From Patescibacteria group bacterium (lineage in GTDB: Bacteria > Patescibacteriota > Minisyncoccia > Phycocordibacterales > UBA1550): a stretch of 64,000 nt of DNA. The DNA is taken from the NCBI GenBank assembly GCA_038062675.1, contig JBBTWP010000004.1, positions 6,751-70,750 on the forward strand, given 5' to 3'. Within the stretch, counting starts at the first letter, position 1. The number at the start of each line of letters is the position of its first letter. The position numbers were made by a program, and so were the translations under genes. Shown piece by piece: positions 19,451 to 27,721 of this stretch. The notes beneath the pieces are model-generated. The model was not told the DNA's origin, did not search any database, and saw nothing but the letters and a program-made list of their open reading frames with translations.

Positions 19451-20182
19451 ATGTCTCCCATTCTCTCTATTAAAAATTTTACCGTGCGACGTGAGGGTAA
19501 GGTTGTTGTCGACGATGTTTCTTTGGATGTGCGTGCAGGGGAACTTCACATTCTCATGGGGCCTAACGGGTCAGGGAAGTCGACGCTCTTGAATGCACTC
19601 ATGGGGCACCCTGCGTACGAGGTGGTGGGCGGAGAGATGCTTCTTGATGGTGAAGACCTTGCACAGCTTTCGACAGAAAAAAAGGCAGCACGGGGATTAT
19701 TTTTGTCTCCGCAACATGCGCCCAAGGTTGATGGCGTAACCATGCTTGCATTTCTCCACCGTGCGTATCGCATCATTAAAAAAAGCGAAATTTCAGTTCC
19801 TTATTTTTATAATAAACTTACGACAAAAGTGAAAGAGTTTGGGTTTGAGGAGGGGCTTCTAAAACGATTTGTGAATGTTGGATTTTCGGGTGGGGAGAAA
19901 AAACAGGGAGAAATGATTCAACTTCTTGCCCTTGAACCAAGGTTCGCGCTTCTCGACGAGATTGATTCGGGGGTTGATGTAGATTCCTTGAAAAATGTAT
20001 TTGGGACGATTGAAAAACTGCGTGTACAGGGAGTTGGGTTTCTATTGGTGACACATTTGGGTACTGTTCTTGAACATGTAACCCCCGACCGTGTGTCTGT
20101 CATGAGAGATGGAAAAATTGTTCGGACAGGGGACGCTGCCCTCGCGCGCGAGATTTTAACTAAGGGATTTGAAAACATTTAA
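19451..20182 (+). CDS. sufC: Fe-S cluster assembly ATPase SufC
   Basis: Walker A GPNGSGKST, ABC signature FSGGEKKQ and Walker B ALLDEIDSG. Confidence 0.9.
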   Translation: MSPILSIKNFTVRREGKVVVDDVSLDVRAGELHILMGPNGSGKSTLLNALMGHPAYEVVGGEMLLDGEDLAQLSTEKKAARGLFLSPQHAPKVDGVTMLAFLHRAYRIIKKSEISVPYFYNKLTTKVKEFGFEEGLLKRFVNVGFSGGEKKQGEMIQLLALEPRFALLDEIDSGVDVDSLKNVFGTIEKLRVQGVGFLLVTHLGTVLEHVTPDRVSVMRDGKIVRTGDAALAREILTKGFENI

Positions 20183-20184
20183 AT

Positions 20185-20481
20185 ATGAAAAACATTCAAG
20201 AAAAAGATATTATTGAAAAGCTGAAACTCGTGAAAGACCCCGAGATTGGGATTGATGTGTGGACATTGGGACTGATTTACAAAATCACTATCGAGAAAGA
20301 TAGCGTAGAAATCCTGATGACGCTCACGACCCCGTTTTGTCCTTTTGCAGATGAGCTTATGGCTGATATAGAAAAGCAGGTGAGTGCATTCGGGTACGCA
20401 AAAGGTGCGGTGCGGGTGGAGCTGACGTTTGAGCCGGCATGGGAACCGTCGGCGGAGCTTCGGCTCATGATGGGGGTTTAA
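20185..20481 (+). CDS. DUF59/MIP18-family (SufT-like) Fe-S assembly protein
   Basis: KDPEIGIDVWTLGLIY...TPFCP motif, sitting at the end of the suf operon. Confidence 0.75.
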   Translation: MKNIQEKDIIEKLKLVKDPEIGIDVWTLGLIYKITIEKDSVEILMTLTTPFCPFADELMADIEKQVSAFGYAKGAVRVELTFEPAWEPSAELRLMMGV

Positions 20482-20526
20482 AAAAACTGCCCGCCTTTTT
20501 TTAAAAAGGCGGGCAGTTTTTTTAAA
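20481..20526. terminator. Long bidirectional terminator hairpin
   Basis: AAAAAACTGCCCGCC-TTTTTTT-AAAAAGGCGGGCAGTTTTTTT. Confidence 0.8.
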
Positions 20527-20543
20527 CGTAATTTCCTAGGGTA

Positions 20544-21281
20544 TTACTTTGCAAGCAATGCGTCAATTTGTGCTTTCACTGCTCCGAATGGTTGTGCCCC
20601 GTCGATAGTGCCCACAACTTTTTTGTCTACGAGGATGAGCGAATGAGGAGTGCCACGTACACCTGCTTTGATTCCGCTCGCAAGTCCTGCTTCAATGATA
20701 GGCTTCATTTCATCACTTGCGAGGCATGCCGTGAATGCTGCTTCGTCGATGCCAATTTCTTGTGCAAGTTTTGGAAGCAGGGACATGTCGAGTCCGTTGT
20801 TGGCGGGAGTTATTTCAAAAATTTTGTTCGTGTACTCCCAGAATTTTGCATTTCCACCAAGTTTTGAAACACACTCAGTTGCTTGCGCTTCTTTGTCTGC
20901 TTTGGAGTGGAACGAAAGCGGGAAGTGGCGATACACCCAAGCTACTTTGCCACTCTCCCCATATTCGCTCATTACTTGGTTCATGCTTTTGTGGAATGTC
21001 TTACAAAAAGGACACTCGAGGTCGGAGTATTCAACGATAACAATTTTTGCATTTGGGTTGCCGAGAATATGGTCTTTGTTGGTGACGGGGTCGAGACTTG
21101 CAGCTTGGTTTCCTGTGGGCGCAGCAAGAACACCTCTGTTGTTGTCACCAAAATAAATTGCCGCCGCAATCGCTATTCCTGCAATGACGATTGCAAAGGG
21201 AATGGCAAGACTTTGCATGAGCGCGGGCTGTGGTTTCGTTGCGACAGTTTGTTCGGTTGGCGTGTTGTTCATTGGTTCCAT
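20544..21281 (-). CDS. DsbA-family thiol:disulfide oxidoreductase, membrane-anchored
   Basis: N-terminal TM helix. CPFCK thioredoxin active site. Confidence 0.8.
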   Translation of the reverse strand: MEPMNNTPTEQTVATKPQPALMQSLAIPFAIVIAGIAIAAAIYFGDNNRGVLAAPTGNQAASLDPVTNKDHILGNPNAKIVIVEYSDLECPFCKTFHKSMNQVMSEYGESGKVAWVYRHFPLSFHSKADKEAQATECVSKLGGNAKFWEYTNKIFEITPANNGLDMSLLPKLAQEIGIDEAAFTACLASDEMKPIIEAGLASGIKAGVRGTPHSLILVDKKVVGTIDGAQPFGAVKAQIDALLAK

Positions 21282-21394
21282 GAATAATGTAAGTTAACTG
21301 ACGGTGTAATACTCTTTAGTGTACGCTACCTGCAGGAATCAAGCAAGCAGTCTATTCTTTGTGTTTTAGGGTAAATCATGGTTATATTAGGATT

Positions 21395-21967
21395 ATGGAA
21401 ATTAAAAGCGCCGTATTTGTAAAGGGGATTGTCGGGACCGACGATATCATGAAAAAAGAGACCCCGCAGGTGGCGTTTGTTGGGCGATCGAATGTGGGCA
21501 AATCGAGCGTTATCAACTCCCTTCTTCCCAAAAAGAATCTCGTAAAGTCGAGTTCGATGCCTGGCAAAACCAAAGAAATCAACTTTTTCCTTATTAATGA
21601 AAATCGCTTTTTTGTCGATTTGCCCGGTTATGGTTTTGCGCGCATGAGCTCAAAGGGCGCCGAAAAACTCCGGAAACTTATCCTATGGTATCTCGTAAAG
21701 GGGCGGTCGCGGCTGTCGCTTGTGGTGCTTATTGTAGATGCTTCTATTGAGCCCATGCCGTATGATGAAGAAATGGTGGGTATTTTGCGCAACGAACAAA
21801 TCCCTTTTGTGATTGTGGCAAACAAAGTTGACCGCCTCAACCAATCCACCCGCGCGAAAAGTCTAAGAGCTCTAGAGTCCGTTTTTGCTACACCTATTCT
21901 TCCCTATTCCGCAAAAACAAAAGAAGGCCGTGACGAACTTTTTGCCGAGGTGTTCGCAGAGGAATAA
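21395..21967 (+). CDS. engB: Ribosome biogenesis GTP-binding protein EngB/YsxC
   Basis: G1 GRSNVGKSS, G3 DLPGYGF and G4 NKVD. Confidence 0.85.
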   Translation: MEIKSAVFVKGIVGTDDIMKKETPQVAFVGRSNVGKSSVINSLLPKKNLVKSSSMPGKTKEINFFLINENRFFVDLPGYGFARMSSKGAEKLRKLILWYLVKGRSRLSLVVLIVDASIEPMPYDEEMVGILRNEQIPFVIVANKVDRLNQSTRAKSLRALESVFATPILPYSAKTKEGRDELFAEVFAEE

Positions 21968-22016
21968 GGAGCTGTATTTTTTGTCGAAGTTGTGTCGGTG
22001 TGGTACACTGAAACAA

Positions 22017-22949
22017 ATGCATACATCTCGGGTTATTGTGGTGGGAGTGGTGTTGGTTGGAGCGACTTTGCTTGCGGTGTGGTATGGTGGGTGGTCAAGT
22101 AGTGAGAAACCAATTGCCGAAGAGGGGAAGTTGTCCGTGATGACGAGTTTTTATCCGTTGGCATATCTTGCGCAAGCGATTGGCGGAGGTATGGTTTCGG
22201 TTACCAATATGACGCCTCCTGGTTCTGAACCACACGATTTTGAACCGTCTCCTCGGCACATGATTTTGATGGGGAAAGCAAAACTTTTTATGTATAATGG
22301 TGCGGATTTTGAGCCATGGGTTATGAAGTGGCGCGCTGGGGCATTTGAACACCCAGAAAGAATTCTTGATATGGCGGCGACACTCAAGGGTCGTGGAGTA
22401 AGTTTGCTAGAAAAACAGGGCTCTGTAGATCCGCATGTCTGGCTTGATCCGCTGGTAATGATTAAAGAGGCGGAGATTGTGCGCGATTCTTTCTCCCTGC
22501 TCGATCCAGCACAGACTGATTATTATACAGAAAATGCAGTACGGGTGATTGATCTCCTTACCAACCTTGACCGTGCGTTTCGGGCCGGACTTGGTGTGTG
22601 CGAGCAAAATGACATCGTTGTGTCACACGAAGCATTCGAGTACCTTGCCCGTGCATACGGCATTCACGTAACTTCAATTGCAGGCATTTCTCCTGACGAG
22701 GAACCTTCACCAAAAGAACTTGCGCGTATTGTTGCTTTGGTTCGGGCAAAAGGAGTCAAATATGTCTTTTTTGAAACAACAGCAAGTCCAAAGCTTTCAG
22801 AAGTTCTTGCTCGAGAGATTGGGGGAGAGACGCTCGTTCTGAACCCACTTGAAAGTCTTACCCCTCATGAGTTACAATCAGGGGAAGATTATGTTTCATT
22901 AATGATGATGAATCTAAATAATTTACGCAAAGCTCTTGTATGTCAATAA
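22017..22949 (+). CDS. znuA: Metal (Zn/Mn) ABC transporter substrate-binding protein
   Basis: TM/signal anchor. TroA/ZnuA-like fold motifs DPHVWLDP and HEAFEYLARAYG. Confidence 0.8.
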   Translation: MHTSRVIVVGVVLVGATLLAVWYGGWSSSEKPIAEEGKLSVMTSFYPLAYLAQAIGGGMVSVTNMTPPGSEPHDFEPSPRHMILMGKAKLFMYNGADFEPWVMKWRAGAFEHPERILDMAATLKGRGVSLLEKQGSVDPHVWLDPLVMIKEAEIVRDSFSLLDPAQTDYYTENAVRVIDLLTNLDRAFRAGLGVCEQNDIVVSHEAFEYLARAYGIHVTSIAGISPDEEPSPKELARIVALVRAKGVKYVFFETTASPKLSEVLAREIGGETLVLNPLESLTPHELQSGEDYVSLMMMNLNNLRKALVCQ

Positions 22950-23704
22950 ATCAACCACAACCCTACATCGAACTCAATAATGTGGGTTTTACATACGGGG
23001 GCGTACCTGCTCTCGAGGGGGTAAGTTTTGTCGTAAATAAAGGTGATTACCTCGGAATTATTGGACCAAACGGCGGAGGAAAAACAACACTCATTCGCAT
23101 TATTTTGGGGCTCTTGCACCCAACTTCTGGGCGCGTCGCACTTTTTGGTAAGGACCACCATGATTTTAAAGAGAAGTATCGTATTGGTTATGTGCCCCAG
23201 CGTGTTACCCAGACGGATAAAAATTTTCCCGCGACTGTTTTTGAGGTGGTACAAAGTGGGCGCATTCCTCGACTCGGATTTTTCCGTGGGTTTACCAAGA
23301 AAGACCGCGAGGTGGTAGAACGTGTCATGGAACTCTCAGGGATTGCAAAATACAATAATACATTGGTTGGCAATCTTTCGGGAGGAGAGCGTCAACGGGT
23401 GTTTATTGCGCGCGCACTTGCGAGTGAGCCTGACGTACTTATTCTCGATGAGCCAACGGTAGGGGTTGATATTGGAGCACAAAAAAAGTTTTATGAATTT
23501 TTAGGCTCACTCAATCGTGACCAGCATCTAACGATTGTTTTTGTTTCTCATGACGTAGATGCTGTAGCAGGAGAGATTAAGACTGTGCTGTGTTTGAATC
23601 ATAGTATGGTTTGTCATGGTGTGCCACAAATACTGCTTACCGAAGACACCTTAAAACGTCTCTATGGTGATCATGTAACTAACATTACTCACGAACATGC
23701 TTGA
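22940..23704 (+). CDS. znuC: Metal ABC transporter ATP-binding protein
   Basis: Walker A GPNGGGKTT, signature LSGGERQRV and Walker B ILDEPT. Confidence 0.9.
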   Translation: MSINQPQPYIELNNVGFTYGGVPALEGVSFVVNKGDYLGIIGPNGGGKTTLIRIILGLLHPTSGRVALFGKDHHDFKEKYRIGYVPQRVTQTDKNFPATVFEVVQSGRIPRLGFFRGFTKKDREVVERVMELSGIAKYNNTLVGNLSGGERQRVFIARALASEPDVLILDEPTVGVDIGAQKKFYEFLGSLNRDQHLTIVFVSHDVDAVAGEIKTVLCLNHSMVCHGVPQILLTEDTLKRLYGDHVTNITHEHA

Positions 23705-24497
23705 AATTTTCCAATACGATTTTATGGTGCGCGCGCTCGGGGCAGGCCTTGCCGTGGGTGTTGTCGCCCCCCTTATCGGCATGTTTTTGGTGGTTCGACG
23801 CTATTCCCTTATGGCTGATACTCTTGCGCATGTTTCGCTTGCAGGAGTGGCGGTGGGGCTTTTGCTCGCCATTAACCCTATTTTTTCAGCAATCGTTTTT
23901 TCACTTGCTGCGGCGCTTGGCATCGAGAGCTTGCGTAATTCTCGACGGTTGTTTGGAGAGGCAATCCTCGCCTTGTTTCTTTCAGGCTCTCTTGCGGTTG
24001 CGGTTATTATTTTGTCGTTCGCGAAAGGGTTTAATGCAAACTTATTCAGCTATTTATTTGGAAGCATATCAACAGTTTCCTTGAGCGATTTGTTTATTAC
24101 TATAGGGCTTGCAGTGGTTGTGTTTTTTGCGACAGTACTTTTGTATAAGGAGATGTTTTTTGTAGCATTTGACGAAGAACTTGCTCAAGCTAACGGACTT
24201 CCGGTGAAGTGGATTAATATTGCGATGGTTATGCTTGCGGCTGTGGCGATTGCGCTCTCGATTCGTATTGTAGGAGTGCTTTTGATTGGAGCGCTTATGG
24301 TGATTCCGGTTATTTCAGCAATGCAATATAGTCGTGGATTTCGTACGACGCTTATCTTGTCGGTTATTTTTTCACTTACTTCAGTAATTGCGGGTTTATT
24401 TGCCTCTTTTTATCTTGACTTGGCATCAGGTGGGGCCATTGTGGTTGTCGCTCTTATGCTCTTTCTTGTGAGTTTGGTGATTACAAAAAAGTCATAG
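23697..24497 (+). CDS. znuB: Metal ABC transporter permease
   Basis: Eight or so TM helices of the ZnuB/TroC family. Overlapping start couples it to znuC. Confidence 0.85.
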   Translation: MLEIFQYDFMVRALGAGLAVGVVAPLIGMFLVVRRYSLMADTLAHVSLAGVAVGLLLAINPIFSAIVFSLAAALGIESLRNSRRLFGEAILALFLSGSLAVAVIILSFAKGFNANLFSYLFGSISTVSLSDLFITIGLAVVVFFATVLLYKEMFFVAFDEELAQANGLPVKWINIAMVMLAAVAIALSIRIVGVLLIGALMVIPVISAMQYSRGFRTTLILSVIFSLTSVIAGLFASFYLDLASGGAIVVVALMLFLVSLVITKKS

Positions 24498-24560
24498 AAA
24501 CTACTCGCCACATGCGGGTTTCTAACATAGGGGGAGATTGTGGTAAGTACTTAATGATAA

Positions 24561-24593
24561 AGCGCCCGTTTCGACAAAGTCGAAACGGGCGCT
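24561..24593. other. Perfect 15-bp stem-loop in a 450-nt convergent intergenic region, with no flanking T-tract
   Basis: AGCGCCCGTTTCGAC-AAA-GTCGAAACGGGCGCT. Confidence 0.6.
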
Positions 24594-24953
24594 CGGTCCT
24601 GTCGTCAGCTCTTATTTAGAGCCGTACGTCAGGCATGGGGACATAATGTTCGCCACCACGGGATGTTTCTAGGTGGTCGTCGGTAGGAGGGGGAGGGACT
24701 GATACGTTGCTTTCTTCTTGAAGATTTCGAGGCATTTCTTTTGCTTTACGCAATTTTTTTGTGCACTGGGGTATCGATTGTTTTGCCATAGTTCACTTCC
24801 TTTTTTAAAGAACGCTGAATGAAGGAGTTTTCCTCCTTCCCCACCTTTTTGCGCCTTATTGTAGGAGCTGGAAAGGAAGTTACATTATAGCATGTTTGTA
24901 GGGAAAAGCAAGTTTCTGCACCCCTGAGTTCAATAGTCAATTGCAACAAATAT

Positions 24954-25538
24954 TTACTTCCCGCCAATAAATATTTCGATATCCGTTAGGGTTGTTTCTG
25001 TGCTTGTTGCGATGCGAGCACCAGGGTAGGTTTTTGAGACTATTTCAAGCACAAGTTTTGCTGCTGTCATTGCGCTTTCTTTTGCAAGGATGCTGGTGCT
25101 GGTGCGTTTATTTTTTGCGTTACTTGTGGTGACGGTGGTAAATCCAGCTGCCTGAAGTTTTTTTGCAAGGGTTCCGGCAATTCCAGTTTTGCTGGTGCCG
25201 TTCATTATAGAAATAGTCGCAGCGAAATTTATTTCCCCTACACTTGTTGGGGCGACTGCCTCGATTGGCTCTGGTTGTTTTGATGCGTCGGGCGGAATGC
25301 CTAGTTTTTTTGCAACGAGAGAATATTGCGTGATATTAAGCGCAGACGTGCCAGAATCATCCTCAATGGTAAATACTTTGTTTATGTTTGAAGAAATGAA
25401 TTGTATTGAAAAGAAAAAGAGGACGCCGACGGCAATCAAAAACATGATTGAAATTGACACATATATGAAATCCCGTAGTTTCATTGTTTTCAAAAATGAA
25501 ATAAATTTTTGAGATTGGTTATTTAGGTAATTATTCAT
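24954..25538 (-). CDS. LytR C-terminal (LytR_C) domain membrane protein
   Basis: N-terminal TM helix. C-terminal ISIMNGTSKTGIAGTLAKKLQAAGF LytR_C-like region. Last gene of the pilMN operon. Confidence 0.5.
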   Translation of the reverse strand: MNNYLNNQSQKFISFLKTMKLRDFIYVSISIMFLIAVGVLFFFSIQFISSNINKVFTIEDDSGTSALNITQYSLVAKKLGIPPDASKQPEPIEAVAPTSVGEINFAATISIMNGTSKTGIAGTLAKKLQAAGFTTVTTSNAKNKRTSTSILAKESAMTAAKLVLEIVSKTYPGARIATSTETTLTDIEIFIGGK

Positions 25539-25550
25539 GATTTTGTTATG

Positions 25551-26114
25551 TTAGAGTTCGTCCTGCTTTGTGTAAAAGACTGCATGAAAGGAAGTAGTTC
25601 CGGAATCTTTCCACCCTGAAGCACTTTGTGAAGAAAAAGAAATTCCAATGATCTTGGTGAAGTAGGGGAGGCGCTCAAACTCTTTTAGGTAGGTGATGAG
25701 ATTTGAAACGTTGGCTGGAAAACTGATGTCGTATCCAACGGCCGCAATGGTGAATGGGGCGCCTATGGTTGTGGGTTGGGGGGTGCCGAATCGAAACCCT
25801 TGGACAACACTTGTTTTCAAGGCCAAAGTTTCAAGCGCGTCGGTGAATTCGAGAATGTTTCCCGAAGAAAGAAAAGCTCTCTCCATAAGGGTGTTGTTTG
25901 TGCCAATAATTTCGGCGTCATGGCGGATAGTTGAGAAAAGTTCAGTGCGTTTTTGAAGAGTATGGGCAAGGTTTCTCGTTTCAAATACTTTTGCGGATGT
26001 TCGTTCGATGGCGCGGGAAAGGAAAAATATTACAATAATGGCGATGACGATTGATACAAATGCAAAGAGCATGTGGCGACCAATAAGGAATAAAAGATTT
26101 TTTGTAGTAAACAT
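25551..26114 (-). CDS. PilO-like type IV pilus assembly protein (N-terminal TM, coiled coil, periplasmic domain)
   Basis: Architecture and position downstream of the pilM-pilN fusion. Confidence 0.45.
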   Translation of the reverse strand: MFTTKNLLFLIGRHMLFAFVSIVIAIIVIFFLSRAIERTSAKVFETRNLAHTLQKRTELFSTIRHDAEIIGTNNTLMERAFLSSGNILEFTDALETLALKTSVVQGFRFGTPQPTTIGAPFTIAAVGYDISFPANVSNLITYLKEFERLPYFTKIIGISFSSQSASGWKDSGTTSFHAVFYTKQDEL

Positions 26115-26122
26115 AATCTTAT

Positions 26123-27574
26123 TTATTTATAGTATACCGCACTTGGGTCTTTGAGGCGAAATGCGACAGAGAATGGGATATTAGTTTTTTGTTCCAAGTT
26201 GGTGAGAGGGAGTTCAACGTCGGCAAACATGGGCGATGCCTGAAGTGACTTCTTGAAGCGATTAAGGCTGTCACGGTTGCCGGATACTCCAACGACGGAC
26301 ATTTTGTCACCGACCGTCCCTGTTGAAAAGGTTGAAATTATAATATTTTCGGTTACCCTTGAGAGAACTTCTTCAATGACACCGCTCCAGACTGGCGTTT
26401 CTTTTAAGATTGCTTCACCTGCTTGAGTCATTCCATTTGTGTGGGTGATCATGGCTTCTTTTTGAATAAGTTCCGGTGGAACAGAATAGGAAGACAATGT
26501 GCTTATGGTTTTTACTGCATTCTGAGAAAGAAAGAGTACAAACAAATATGCACCAAGGTATGCCACCATGAAAAAAATAGAGACGCCAATGGTGATGTTT
26601 CGAAATAGAACCATAAAAATTGACGCTTTCTGGTAAGCGTAAGCCTCTTCGGTTCCTACAGGGAGGAGGCTAATGAGGTTGTCGCGCCCTTCGGGGATTT
26701 GTCCGCGAATGAGGGCGCCAAGTGGGATAAGCCATTTTGCCTTTGGGGCTGTAAGGGCGGGATGTTCTGCGTAGTCGTCGCGAATATGAGCCTCCATAAT
26801 GGCTTGCTCAATAATAGGTGTTTTTGAGTCGGACTCAAGGAAGCTTTTTATGTTTCGTACTTCACGAGCAACACGCTCTTCTGGTACGGAAGCTAGGGGG
26901 AGTGTTCGGGCAAAACGAAGTGAACCATTTTTGACGCTAAAAACTGTTGTTCCATCGGGAAATTTTTCAGTAAGGAGCGTCGTTTGGTTTGGGGGGAGTT
27001 TGATTGAGCGGGCGATACTGGCAAGGTGAGACTCTAGTGCCACCATTTTCCATCCAGCCTTATCGAGAGCCTCTACATAACCTTGAGCAACGGTGCGATC
27101 GATGGTTGAAAGAAGAATCTCGTTTGTTCCGTGAGTATCAAAAACGCGCTCCCAGTCGAGGTAGGCACTCTCTGTTTTTATGGGGAGTTGCAAGCTTATG
27201 GCAAGACGCATTGCTTCTGGTATGCGTGTGTCACCAACGCTTTTTGGAAACGAAAAGATACGAGAATAGATTTTGTTGTCGGGAATAGAGACAATTGCAT
27301 AATTGGTGTCAATTTTTATCTTTGTTCGGAGTAGCTGGAGTGTTTTTGCGAGAAGGTCTTTGTCTATGACTACTCCGTCCGCAATAATATTTGAAGGGAT
27401 GGGTTCCTCTACGAGTATGAGCTCGTCGTGCGGCGCGAGGTTCTTTTCTTTGTTTTTTTTATGGGAGAGCTTTTTAGGGGCGCGAAAGAAAGCAATGCGG
27501 ATGAGGGAGTCGCTAATTTCGATTCCAACAACATTTTTTTTCTGCGTAAGTAAATTTAATATGTTCATGTGCAA
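26123..27574 (-). CDS. pilM: Type IV pilus assembly PilM-PilN fusion protein
   Basis: N-terminal actin-like PilM region (GIEISDSLIRIAFF...) followed by a TM segment and a PilN-like periplasmic region. Confidence 0.75.
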   Translation of the reverse strand: MHMNILNLLTQKKNVVGIEISDSLIRIAFFRAPKKLSHKKNKEKNLAPHDELILVEEPIPSNIIADGVVIDKDLLAKTLQLLRTKIKIDTNYAIVSIPDNKIYSRIFSFPKSVGDTRIPEAMRLAISLQLPIKTESAYLDWERVFDTHGTNEILLSTIDRTVAQGYVEALDKAGWKMVALESHLASIARSIKLPPNQTTLLTEKFPDGTTVFSVKNGSLRFARTLPLASVPEERVAREVRNIKSFLESDSKTPIIEQAIMEAHIRDDYAEHPALTAPKAKWLIPLGALIRGQIPEGRDNLISLLPVGTEEAYAYQKASIFMVLFRNITIGVSIFFMVAYLGAYLFVLFLSQNAVKTISTLSSYSVPPELIQKEAMITHTNGMTQAGEAILKETPVWSGVIEEVLSRVTENIIISTFSTGTVGDKMSVVGVSGNRDSLNRFKKSLQASPMFADVELPLTNLEQKTNIPFSVAFRLKDPSAVYYK

Positions 27575-27721
27575 TTTGTTACCAATTCATTATACCAAGT
27601 TTTTAAAGAGCATGCTATACTTTTTGAGAAGAAAGCGTTATTGATAATTTTAAAATAAAATTTTTATGATAAGTTCACGATTGTTTTCTGAAACCTTAGT
27701 CTTATTATACTAATCGACACT

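Noticed and set aside
20650-21156. Plus-strand 168-aa and 101-aa ORFs
   Set aside because: They are antisense to the DsbA-like gene, which has a clear CPFC active site.
24498-24953. tRNA, tmRNA or SRP RNA in the long intergenic region
   Set aside because: No T-loop GGTTCGANTCC, no tmRNA 5' GGGG...UUCGACGGG or 3' CCA-acceptor pairing, and no SRP GGAA-tetraloop helix-8 motif could be seen by eye. Left as an unexplained hairpin.
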